Part shown: piece after piece, positions 1 through 11,745 of the stretch
Layout of the letters: every line of letters starts with the position of its first letter
Numbering within the stretch: the first letter of the stretch is position 1
Origin: Chrysomallon squamiferum
Taxonomy: Eukaryota; Animalia; Mollusca
NCBI GenBank assembly: GCA_012295275.1
Contig: CM022670.1
Coordinates: 11,470,001-11,534,000, forward strand
DNA: 64,000 nucleotides
Direction: 5' to 3'
The notes under the pieces: model-generated
Told to the model about the DNA's origin: nothing
Database searches by the model: none
Seen by the model: only the letters and a program-made list of their open reading frames with translations
Made by a program: the position numbers and the translations under genes

Positions 1-348
1 TGAGATGTGTTCACTGGTATTTAGAGTCGCCTCCCCTATGTGAGATGTGTTCACTGGTATTTTAGAGTCGCCTCCCTTATGTGAGATGTGTTCACTGGTA
101 TTTAGAGTCGCCTTCCTTATGTGAAATGTGTTCACTGGTATTTAGAGTCACCTCCCTTATGTGAGATGTGTTCACTGGTATTAAGAAAATAAGATAGAAA
201 ACCTCCCTACAAAATGTGTGTTCACTGGTATTTAGAGTTAATGTGAAATGTGTTTAACTGGTATTTAAGTATTTCATAAATAAATAAAGAAATGTGTTCA
301 CTGGTATTTTGAGTCGCCTCCCTTAATGTGAGATGTGTTCACTGGTAT
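1..348. repeat. Minisatellite, ~40-bp unit (TGAGATGTGTTCACTGGTATTTAGAGTCGCCTCCCYTATG)
   Basis: Near-identical copies start at about 1, 41, 82, 122 and 162, with degenerate copies out to ~348. The array runs off the left edge of the window. Confidence 0.92.
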
Positions 349-1065
349 ATTTGGAAAAAAGAAAGATTCAAAGGTATTAAGAAAAAAAGATAAAAAAACT
401 CGAATACAAAAGCTCAACTAAATAATCAGTGAGAGCAGTGTGTTTAAACTGATTAAAGTATTTCATAAATAAATAATAAAGAAATGGTAGCACGTAGAAA
501 AAAGAAGGAAGGATGGAATGAAAGATAGGAAATAAAAGATGGAAAAGAGAGAAAGAAAAGAAAAAGAAAAAATAGAAAAGAAAGAAGGAAAGAAAGAAAG
601 AAAGAAAATATTAAAACAGCTTAAAGAATGAACAAAAATGAATAAGAAAAGAAAAGAAAAATCTAAGAAAACACAACAAAGAGTGGTACTATTGTAACGC
701 AGCATTCTTTTCAGATTTTATTCATAATAATATATAAAATGGTATGTGGACTGCATTGATTATCAGGATAAGAATTTACATACTAAATTGATTTGATTAC
801 TGAGAAAGAAAACAGAGAATACTGACTGACTGAAGAAAAATAAATAAATAAAAGATTATTATGTTCATTAACTATAAAATTAATAATAATAATAACTTTA
901 AAAAAATAAAAAAACAAGAACAAAAATTATTGAGCCATTAGATTGTGAATTATGGGTTTTTTAATAGCACTCGGTAATTATTATTTTTTTTTTTAGATAT
1001 ATTTTCTAGAAATACGAAAAGAAGAAAATATGAAAGTGTAATGTGAATTTATTATACGTAAGAAA

Positions 1066-2177
1066 ATGCTAAAAGGAGGCAATATTAATTTCTGGTGGGA
1101 AGATAATGTGAACACTGATTGCAATTTAAATATGGCTGAAATCGATAAATCTACTGAGATAAGGTCGTTGATAATTCCAAGGGGAAATAACTGCTGTGAG
1201 ATAACATTATCTAATGAAGATTGGAAATCACTGGAAATAAATTGTCAACAGCAAACATTGATTTTTTAATAAAAAATTTTACGTTAAACCACTTGTCAAT
1301 AAATCAACTGTTGTGTCTCTACATCACTTGGCCAGCTATACAACAGATGAAGAAATAAAATAGAAAAGAGAAAGTTATGAATGTGACATCAATACACAGA
1401 ACATTTCTGAAGAATACAACCGATACTCACTAATGATACTAGATACTTCAGAAATTTACTTGAGATGTGAAATCATTATCTTATTTAATTAAATTTGACT
1501 CATATGGGAATGGTTCATGATGGACAAGTAAAATGGTGTAATTAGACAATGTCCAATTGTAACCAGTAACAGATGTAGTTTGATTGTGGGGAAGAGAAAT
1601 ATTTAACCTGTAGAAAATGTTTGAATGAAAGTCCTATGTAAACGAAGAAACTGATACATGGAATTGTTTTAAATGGAAATAGAACTTTTGGTTTCAAACC
1701 AGGATATAATAAGTATTAAAACACTGCTCAATAACATTTTATTATTATTATTTTTTCAAATTTAATTAAACCTAATGATTAATTAAACTTAATTCTGCTA
1801 CAGTTCAGTCTAAACAGAAAAGTTACCTGTGAGTACAAGACTTTTATCTCTATTTTTCATTATAATGACTATCACGTATTGTGAAATATCCTTTGATAGG
1901 TAAAGATGATGTGCAAAACCAAATTCAGTCATCAAAAAAAAAAAAAAAAAAAAATGAGAGACTTTATTGAAAAACTAACAGATTGGGAGACTGATTATAG
2001 CATCAAGCGAATTATGAAAGAACATTAAATTTATGGAAAACCCTTAAATCATCGAAATGACCACCCGGTTTTAAGAACATCTGACAAGCATGTTTGTGTG
2101 AAGACAATTCCAATAGGACTACCCTATTCTCCGCACGATGTTGAAATCAAGTATGATGCATATGATCGACAGACTTG
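1066..2177 (+). pseudogene. Decayed intronless ORF(s), virus/Maverick-accessory-like
   Basis: The 67-aa ORF 1066-1269 continues after a frameshift (FNKKFYVKPLVNKSTVVSLHHLASY...*KRESYECDINTQN...) into Cys-rich CGEEKYLTCRKCLNESPM. A second decayed frame at 1954-2177 reads MRDFIEKLTDWETDYSIKRIMKEH*IYGKPLNHRNDHPVLRTSDKHVCVKTIPIGLPYSPHDVEIKYDAYDRQT*, followed by ATTAAA at ~2223. No family recognised. Confidence 0.35.
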
Positions 2178-2430
2178 ATTCACTACAAGAGACAGACAAC
2201 AAATTGTTGATTTCCAATTTTTATTAAATTTGTTAGCTTTAGAATTAACATTTACAACATTTAATTTTTATTTTATTAAAACTAATATTTTATGAATATA
2301 CAGTGAAGGTGAAGGTCGTTTGACGTCATTTCTGTTTCCGATATAAACATTTTTGTATTCTTTTGCTTATATTAAAAACAACAAATTGCATTTATTAGTT
2401 TGTTATTTGCTTATTTCAGTTATACATGTT

Positions 2431-5400
2431 TTATAAATACAGTTCCATTTCATTATCTAAGTCATGATTTCTCAGAGATAATACATACACATAAAATAAC
2501 ATGCGATCAAATACAAATCCTCCACATCTGTCATGATAAAGTTCCATTATATCATGAATGTTGTTATAAAACCAGTGGAGCGTTTCATAAAAATTTATTG
2601 TTATCAAATTTTCTCCTTGTTCTCTTCTTCTCAAATAGTTACACATATTGTGTTGCTGTTGAATCTTTCCAATACATATAAAATCTTCATGTACACTCAC
2701 TGCTCTACCTGGAATCCGTATTTGTTCAGCAATTTCTGGAACCTCATGATACTGCCATAATACAATTCCCCATCTATTTCTTCTCAGTAAATGTGCAAAA
2801 ACACACATTAATATAACATTATAAGATAATCTGTACTGATCATAATCATGAACTGTATGCAGAAATTTTGTACTATCTAAATAGTCTGCAATAATACGTG
2901 CTCCGTCAGAGTCCTTCATCTTTGGTCGAAATCCTAGATGAACAACATTTAAAACAATCTCTAGAATATGCTGAGGAGTAAATCCTTCGAGCCTTGTATA
3001 TATTAATTGGTCAACGATTCCATCAAATAGGTAAGGGTCATTCCGTGTCAAATCACCCAAAAAAAAAAGAAATTTAAACCCGACCGTCTCAGATTTTTAT
3101 AAAACTTGGTATACTTGTTGACTGGGATCCCACAGCACCAAATCTGACATTTTAGCTCAATCAGACCAGTGGTGTGGGAGATACGGCCCTCGGAATTTTG
3201 AGATTTTTGCCAAAAATGGGTGTGACCACCAACCTTAGAACCCTCATATCTCAGGAACTACTGGGCCAATCTTCATAAAATTGGTATTGTCAGAAAGGCA
3301 AAATGACAAGGATACCAAATCTGCCATTTTTGTTTAGTTTGGAAAATATTGGAGTACCTTGACCTTTTGACCTTTGCTATGACCTTGAAATTGACCGTGT
3401 GGATCACGTGATTTTGAGATGACCTTTATTGAAATTTAATCTCCTACATGTTAACTAAAACATATAAAAGTTTCCTGGGTGTAATATTTTTTGTTTAGCC
3501 ACAATATAGATTTAAAAAAATGCACATACCTGAAAAATAACACGTTTACAGCCATTAACATCTGATTAACTAAAACCTGAATGATCAATTCTGGATGCTA
3601 GGGATCACCATCTTTCTTGATCATCTAGTAAGACATTGAAGGCCTAAATGTATGTATAAAGTTCACATAAATTTGAGAGAACTAGGTGTTTCTGATGCTT
3701 AACCTTCTCACTATGTTTGTTTCAAATGCTCACTGTATCCTTCATTCCCAGACACATTCTACTGTTCTCATCACTTTCATAAAATTGGATTATTTCCTCC
3801 TTCAATTCATTGTCCTTTCAATGGTAAAGGGTGACAAAATCAAGATTTGCACACGCTCTGGATAGGATTCAGACATTAAGATGTCATTTTAATGTTACTG
3901 TAGCTGATGCTAGTTTTTTTTCTGTCCTTTCATTCATTTACTGGAATGTGCTAGTGAATGGAGTTTGACAGGCGTTTCGCCTAAACTCAACAGAATATAA
4001 TTCAAATCAAAGTCCTTTTCTGGGGAAACAACAACCAGCGGTTTGTCTGGCAAGTTATCACCAAATTCTCCCATTGTAGTACCACCCATACTAAAGCCAT
4101 CCTCTGCAGGACCTTTGATTTCTGAAGGGTAATCAGACAGTCACAGCACAACTTGTCTCCTGGCACTAGTGTCTTTGGAGGATTTACTAAGCATTTGTAA
4201 GTGCCCATGCTAACAATTCTTAAAGATCTAGTGCGTGCTTGCTCAGGGTGGCGATTAAGGGGATCACAACAGTTTTTCTGCGATGTTGAAAATTTGATGA
4301 AAAGTTCTTGTTCATGATACTCTTGATGTCCCGTGTTTTGATCCCACTTCAAAGAGTGAGGAGTTCGATTTCCTCAGTTTTCCATACACTTCGCAACAAC
4401 TCCTTTTTGATATGATGGTGTTGATAACACACATTTTTAGGAGAGTTAAAGCTGCAGTTAGCTCTGGAAGAAATAAGGATTTTCAGTATTGTTCAATAGA
4501 ACAAAGTCAGTGCTTTCCTAAATATTAAATCAAATCCTGAAACCCTTTCAGTAAAGTTAAGCAGGTCATAAAATGGCAGCAGAGTACATGTGTTATTGCC
4601 AAAGACCCACAAGTCTTAGGCATTTATGTCAATCTTCTCAAGTATAAATCACAGTTTATTAAGGTGAAGTAGACCTTATTCATAATCTGTGCCGAAGATT
4701 TGGTGTACAAATACATTATGCAGTACATCACTTGATGACATCTGATTTCAGACTGGGTTGTACTGTTGACTGAAACCTTGTTCAAAACCAATGGCAAGGC
4801 CCACATGACATGATAAAATTACTTAACAGGTTTTATGAAATAAAAATATTGTTTATATATCAACATCTGACATTGTGTCCAACTTAAAAAGCTTCAGATT
4901 GTCAAAGAAATGCAGATGAAGAAACTTCTTTGTCTTAAACTTCAAATTGCCATGTGCTCAATGGGGATTGCACCAGGGAATCTAAAGGAGTTCCTGACCT
5001 GCCTGAAGCATTAAAATGTTAACCCTTTGAGCCTGATTGTAGAACAAATCATGCCATTTGGCATCTTTTCATATCCTTCAGGCATTCCTTCAGACATGTC
5101 AGGTGGGTTTTAACTCCAAAGATGAGTTTTTAGTCTCAGAGAAAATGTACATTGTAATGCATTGTATCAATCATCCATGCAGGTATGCATTTTTTAAATC
5201 TCTATTAAGGCTAAACAAAAATATTATACCCAGGAAACTTTTATATGTGAACTTTATGCATACATGTAGGCCCTACAATGTCTTACTCAATGATCAAGAA
5301 TGGTGATTCTTAGCATCCAGAATTGATCATTCAGGTTTTAGTCAATCAGATGTTAATGGCTGAAAAGGTGTTATTTTCAGGTATGTGCATTTTTAAATCT

Positions 5401-6124
5401 ATATTGTGGCTAAACAAAAAATATTACACCCAGGAAACTTTTATATGTTTTAGTTAACATGTGGGAGATTAAATTTCAATAAAGGTCATCTCAAGATCAC
5501 GTGATCCACACGGTCAATTTCAAGGTCATAGCAAAGGAGCAAAGGTCAAAAGGTCAAGGTACTCCAATATTTTCCAAACTAAACAAAATTGGCAGATTTG
5601 GTATCCTTGTCATTTTGCCTTTCTAACAATATCAATTTTGTGAAGATTGGCCCAGTAGTTCCTGAGATATGAGGGTTCTAAGGTTGGTGGTCACACCCAT
5701 TTTTGGCAAAAATCTCAAAATTCCGAGGGCCGTATCTCCCACACCACTGGTCTGATTGAGCTAAAATGTCAGATTTGGTGCTGTGGGATCCCAGTCAACA
5801 AGTATACCAAGTTTCATAAAAATCTGAGACGGTCGGGTTTAAACCATTGGGTGATTTGACACGGAATGACCCGTAATCATTGTAACGGGTTCCAATGAAT
5901 TTATACTTCCATTCTAGTCTACGCCTGGAAAATCTGTGATCATGTTCTTAATGCCACGCTGGAGTATATCTTGGTAGTCCACACCGATATCTTGGAGTTA
6001 TTTCATAGTCGCTAGAACTGGTACTATCACCAGAATCGGAAGATTCATATGTGTTATCTTCTGTCCATACAGGATATCTAACAGTATCATTAATGATACG
6101 TTGACAATTCTCGCTGTCGCTCAT
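2431..6124 (-). pseudogene. Intronless ~283-codon ORF interrupted by a Sola2 transposon; resembles the N-terminal region of Maverick/Polinton pPolB-type proteins
   Basis: Removing 3035-5872 and one GTAA joins 6124-5873 to 3030-2431 in frame: MSDSENCQRIINDTVRYPVW...PAWH*EHDHRFSRRRLEWKYKFIGTRYNDY|LFDGIVDQLIYTRLEG...ELYL*. There is one premature TAA at 5948-5950, a TATA-like TATATAAA upstream (~6222-6229) and AATAAA downstream (2391-2396). The family resemblance is by eye only (YNVILMCVF...IMELYHDRCGGFVFDRML, compared with K.N..L.C.F...ME.F...GSGW.F.RI). Confidence 0.6.
3035..5872 (-). mobile_element. Sola2-type DNA transposon, internally deleted
   Basis: Termini GGGTCATTCCGTGTCAAATCACCCAA...TTGGGTGATTTGACACGGAATGACCC; ~630-bp TIRs (3035-~3670 and ~5240-5872); 4-bp TSD GTAA at 3031-3034 and 5873-5876. 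Minus-strand transposase relics: CCDPLNRH..LRIVS..LVPGDKLCCDC (ORF 4002-4352) and IIQFYESDENSRMCLGMKDTVSI*NKHSEKVKHQKHLVLSNLCELY (~3650-3800). GRG/CYC ends with a 4-bp TSD fit Sola2. Confidence 0.88.
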
Positions 6125-6392
6125 AGTTGTATTGTTTGCAACTAATAGTTATCGCAGTAAAAATAAATAATGTTTTCTTTTCTAGCCTGTTATTAACTGA
6201 ATATAAACAAATAATAAAGTGTTTATATACTGTTAAAATACGTAAACATTTTTTTTTTCCATGATTTCATTATTTAAATATAAATAAAATACATCTATGA
6301 TGAAATATCTAAAAATAAACATGAGGTATTGTATTGGAGATAACTTTAATTATATTTCACAACAAAATTACATAATAGACAAAAAGTTTTAA

Positions 6393-7030
6393 TCTATACT
6401 ACTTTTCTGCGACAGACACGCCCGCTGACCTGTCAGAAAGCGTGCCTGCCGTAGACGTGCTTCACAACAGCTTGCTCGGATTAGGACGTTAATTGTTTTC
6501 ACATTCACACACAATCTATAATGTTTGAAATCCCGTGTAGTGTAGCGGTTAACATGCTGGCCCCATAAAACAGCGACGTTGGTTCAAAACCAACCCTGGG
6601 GATACTCACGTTTCTTTATTTCTACTTTCAGATTATTCATTACGGTAATCGGGTAACGCAAGATTCGCGCTTGGTCTAATGACCACCTATCATATACCAA
6701 CTATCGTTGGCTTTTTCCTTACGTCGCGTTACGTTGGAAGATGCGTTACGGTAACGAAGATTGGTGATGTTACGTGAAGGAGTTACCTCAAAACTTCCAG
6801 AAATCACGCATCCTTGTTGCACACACTGACAGTGACTGTCATAGAAATAATGCATGTGGGCCATTGTATGCTGTATTATTTCAGAGTTACGATATTATGT
6901 ACATTGATGTGTATTGCTCTGAATATGTATTCTAGGCGTATATATTTTTTTATTTCATAATGTTTGCATGAAAAAAATAATACACTCTACTTTATAATAT
7001 ATTTGCTTTTAGGGATTTATGTAAATCTAG
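6393..7030 (+). mobile_element. Putative non-autonomous Helitron-like element
   Basis: Starts A|TCTATACTAC at 6393 and ends CTAG|T at 7030, with a short palindrome GATTTA-TG-TAAATC at the 3' end. CpG-richer than the flanks; no TSD. Confidence 0.35.
6531..6602 (+). pseudogene. tRNA-like cloverleaf (CAT anticodon), probably a tRNA-Met-derived pseudogene or SINE head
   Basis: Acceptor TCCCGTG/CCTGGGG (one mismatch); D-stem GTGT/ACAT around AGCGGTTA; anticodon loop CC-CAT-AA with two stem mismatches; perfect T-arm GTTGG-TTCAAAA-CCAAC; A-box and B-box present. Confidence 0.6.
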
Positions 7031-7509
7031 TATCAGCAGAAATATTACTACTACTTCTGTTTAGTTTTTATTTATATGATAAAGTACATTAAATTCAAAC
7101 AATCATGTATTATTTTTTGCTTTTTTTTTTTATATTACTATCCTTTTCTTCTCAATCACCCATCTTATTTCGATAAATCAGAATTTTTATTACATATTTG
7201 TCTCATGGTATATCTTCATTAAAGATGAAAACGCCTTCAAAGTGTATTTTCTGTTTGGAATTGTGCTAATGTAGTAGCAGTAGTAAAAGAAGAATTGAGT
7301 AACAATAATAAATGACAGAGTAGAGGTGTGTTGCAGCCAATGAATTCTTCTGCTTTTTGTTTTTGTTTAGATTAATATTAAAAAATCATTTTGTAATGTG
7401 AGACATAAGATACAATATGTATGTTGTTGAGGATTTCTTTTTTTTTTTCTTCTTCCTTTTTTCCCCTTCAGGTTGGGAAAGATTATTTGGTTTTCCTTGT
7501 TTTATTTTC

Positions 7510-7512
<3 letters not shown>

Positions 7513-7548
<36 letters not shown>
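7513..7548. repeat. (GT)n microsatellite
   Basis: Direct reading. Confidence 0.9.
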
Positions 7549-7550
<2 letters not shown>

Positions 7551-10500
7551 AAAAGACAAATAACAAACACTTACATAGTTGAACAATGATTATAATTACA
7601 ATACAATTTTATATACATGTATATATGAAATAACTGTGTTAATATTGCTTAGCTAAGAAACATAATGTAGATTTACATATTGTAACATGATTGTATAATC
7701 TTGCTGTCAGTTAATCACAATCAAAAACCTACTACTATCACTACATAAAATTTTGCTTTGTATAAATTGTAAAATTAAATTTAAATACAAATCCTCTGTA
7801 TAATGACTTGATATTTCTAAAAACCCGTCTTAACAAATAAATGAAAAAGAAATCACAATTTATTTATAAAACTATTTAAGAATAAATTCTTTTATTTGAT
7901 GAAAATATAATAAATATAAATTAAAAAATAAAAAAATAATAAAAAATAAAGAACAAATATATTGGATAAATTCTAAGAAAACAATAATATTAGACAATTT
8001 TAAAATGTTGTCCTCTGACAAATTTAAATATACAATAATTCTGGTTGTCACGGTGTCATGTATTTCGTACAAAATATTTTTTACTTTCAACTGATCTAAT
8101 AATTTTAATCCACAACCAAAAGATAAAAAAATAATAAAATGTGAGAAGGACACAGTCCTCAGTATCATTAATTCACTGCACCTACAAATAACTCTTGAAA
8201 ATACTGATAGGGGAGAAAAAAAATGGATAAACTTCAAATAACCTTATGAAAGAACGAAATAAAAAAAAACATATTAATTCTAAAGCTTAGATGAAGGAAA
8301 AGTAACATGCCTTATTTTTTTTGGTCAAATGCTATTGAATCTCTCATCATCATTAAAACTTCCCTTCATTCATATTAACAGTAACTGAAAATTAAATAAA
8401 ATAAAACAGAAAAAAAACAACCTTAATTTTTTAATTTTTACCTTAGCTATTTAGATGTTTCTGTCGAAGTATGGTAATGAATGTTTTTAACCTCTTTGTT
8501 TGACCATTTGCACAAAATAATAATAGTAATAACAAAAATAACAGTTGTTTTTGTTGTTGTTATTATTATTGATGAATCTTTTCCAGCTATTAAAAGTGAT
8601 AAATGATATTAACCATAAAGTTGGTTTTGTCTCCAACACTTTTAACAGCTGTTTTCTCACATACCTCACCTCCAAATCTCAGCAGTAAAAAGAATAATGC
8701 ATTTTCTACTTCTTTTGACACCAGTCCCTAAAAGTTTAACCCAACTCACATAAATTTAGTAGATAACAATAACTTAATGATATATAAAATTTAGTAAATA
8801 TTGATTTGTATGACTAATTAACAATATTGGTTTATGTAAAAAAATTAGATATATTTCACAACAAATGAACAGTATTACATGATAAATTAACACCAATATG
8901 TAAGGTATGAGTAAATGTTAATAAAATGTGTAATTGACTAGAAAACAAATGTAATATAAGTAAAGCAAAATCAAATAAAAATAACATATAAAATGAAAGT
9001 AAAACATTTTAGTAGTTTTCATGTATATGGAGATTTACACAGATACATATAACACACAGAAATGATTATATAAATGTTGTAATATCATATATTCTTAATA
9101 CAAATTTTAACAGTAAATATTCCCAAACAATGAATATAACTTACAAAAAATAATAATAATAAAAAAATAAAAATAGCCAGTATAAACCAAAAATACAACA
9201 ATAAAAAACATCCAGATCATCTGCCTTAGCTTTAGTTACATTAAACCAAGCTACAGCTGTAAAGAAATTATTATAATTTAAAAAAAAAAAAAAAAAAATT
9301 AAATTATACTTGTCACTGGTTTATAGCTGGCAAACAATATCATATGGTGATCATTTTATAACCAAATATCAAAATTAAAAGTACCCACCATCAAAAAATA
9401 TCCACACACAAATAGCCATGTAAAATATAATCACCATCAAGAGAAATTTTTTTTGTTGTTTTTATCGCAGAGTATATATTGTTAAGTGTTTCATAAATGT
9501 TAAACATAAATACAATTTTAACACGAAAGCTTGGTATTAAATAGATGTTATTATTTTTAATGGCCCCCAAACTGGCTTATATTAAATATAATTGAGTCTG
9601 CATGAAAACAGTTCTTGTAGTAACATAGGTTATATATACTGTAATTAACCATATACTAAGCAGTCATAGAATTATCTTTTAAACACAGAATGCCATTTTA
9701 AATGTATGTGCATGTATACGACTGTGTCTCTGTGTGTGCACACACATGCCTGCATTTTCTATTAGTAACAGGTTTTAGTTTATTCATTAATACTATACAA
9801 TTTACATACTTAATTTTTTTTTTTTACATTAATCAATATAATAATATTATTATTAATAATTCATATACATTAACTGACATGCCAATTTCAATTTACAATT
9901 TGCTAAAAAAAAAGGTATACAGAAATATGACAATGTCCATTTGAATTTTATAAAAATATTTTCCATGTTCAGGTGGCAAATTATAGTGATAATGAAATAA
10001 AATTAATTGGCTGATCATAATACTGATGAGAACTTCAAGGACTTGCTTGACATGATTGTTTTCTAAGTAAATTGATAAACGATGAAAATAATGTGTAACA
10101 ACTGATCATAAGCAGTTCCAACTTGAATCATTTGTCTTAAATTAACCTCTCTAAATTCACAATATTTCAAGCTTGCCAAATATTTTCAGATTTTTGGGAC
10201 ATAATAAAAAATCAAATCTTAAATTATATATATATATATATAAAAAAGAAATTAATGGATAATAAAACAATTTTACTAACTGTGAAACTGACATTATGAA
10301 AATATTGATTGTTGGTTTTTCACATTTTTTAAAAATGATCTTTAAAAAAACACAAATGGAATTATTTATGTAATATTTTTTGAAATTTAGTGGTATTTAT
10401 GAATTAGCATGACTTGCTGATGGTTTAATATTACCAATATAACTATGTCATATTTTGTTTATAGTGAATATAGGATTTTATGATATACAATACAGTTTTT

Positions 10501-11745
10501 GAAAATCTTGTTGTAAAGATGATACATACTTTTGTATGAATTGATAAATATAAACAGGTTAAATGGTCATTCAGATTAATATTCATACATTAGACACAAA
10601 CATTATACCATTATAAAAAATGGTAGAAAGAAAGAAAGAAAGAAAAAATTAAAATCTATGTCCAGTAATAATGAAGAAAGAAAAATGAAAGCACTAAAGA
10701 ACAAATGAATATACTACATTTTGATCTATATTACTTAGTTGATATTTTTAAAAAAAATTATTTATTTTAATCTGACCTCCTGTTAATCTGTTCATTACTG
10801 ATTACAGTAAGTTGTTAACATAAATATGCCAATATATTTTCTAATCAAAATTCAACTATTAATTTATTATAAAAATGTATATGTTATAAACTTTTTAAAA
10901 AGATTATTTTATTTTATTTTTCTTAGTAAACTGAATAAAATAATGCTATACCCTTATTAAAGCTCTTTGCTACTGGTCTTTTTAACAGTGTATAATTATA
11001 TATTTACAACATTAAAAAGATTTTAAAATATAAGTAACACTGTTTACCCAATAATTAAAAGCTGGCAAACAAATTTTGTGGATTATTGCATCAATTTACT
11101 TATTTTTCAATGTACATACAAATTCACTCTAATAATAAAACAATTTTCTTGATTTGAAAATAAAACAAAAATAAAACAAAAATAAAAATAAAAATAACAA
11201 TTATGTGTGTGTATGTGTGTGTATATATATATACATGCACTCATGATGAAATTTTTATGATACATTTGTTATTAATATTACTGATTATTTTGAAAGATAA
11301 AGTACTATAACATGAATTGCTAAATGATATGTATTATCTAAGAACAAAAATTAGAAAAAGTATTGATTATATCAGAAGCATTCTCCAGCAAAAGACCTAC
11401 GTCTATATACACCAAATTGTTTGATCAATATATATATATATATTAATCAATCATTTTAGTGTTACATTTATTATGTAATATTTGTTTCATCACAACTACC
11501 ATTTATCACATATTAGGAAAACAAAAACTAGTTCATTCAGCACTAACAATATTGCACATGAAATAATAATAATAAAAAAAAATTCTCCCAATATCAGAAA
11601 TGACTTATTTTGCACTATATAATATAAAACTGAAAGATATAATGTGTGTAGTATCTTCATTTATAAACTAATAATGTAAAATATCAATTTTTTTTTTTTT
11701 TTTTGCCAATATAAAGAGTGAGTAAATACAAGTGCACATTATTAA

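Noticed and set aside
1-348. CRISPR-like regular repeats
   Set aside because: Units are head-to-tail with no unique spacers, there are no cas genes, and the context is eukaryotic.
177-490. Interleaving of satellite units with copies of the downstream A-rich sequence (177-214 like 373-410; 250-295 like 439-487)
   Set aside because: Looks like a mosaic consensus at a repeat boundary rather than a biological structure.
463-705. 80-aa F/L/S-rich ORF
   Set aside because: Translation of purine/pyrimidine-skewed low-complexity DNA.
3035-3060. N-terminus MGDLTRNDP of track ORF 2431..3060
   Set aside because: It is transposon TIR sequence with a TTG start; the real start is ATG 6124 beyond the insertion.
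7100-11745. Possible gene downstream of the RhoGAP stop
   Set aside because: Only AT-rich sequence with spurious short ORFs; consistent with a long 3'UTR or intergenic DNA.
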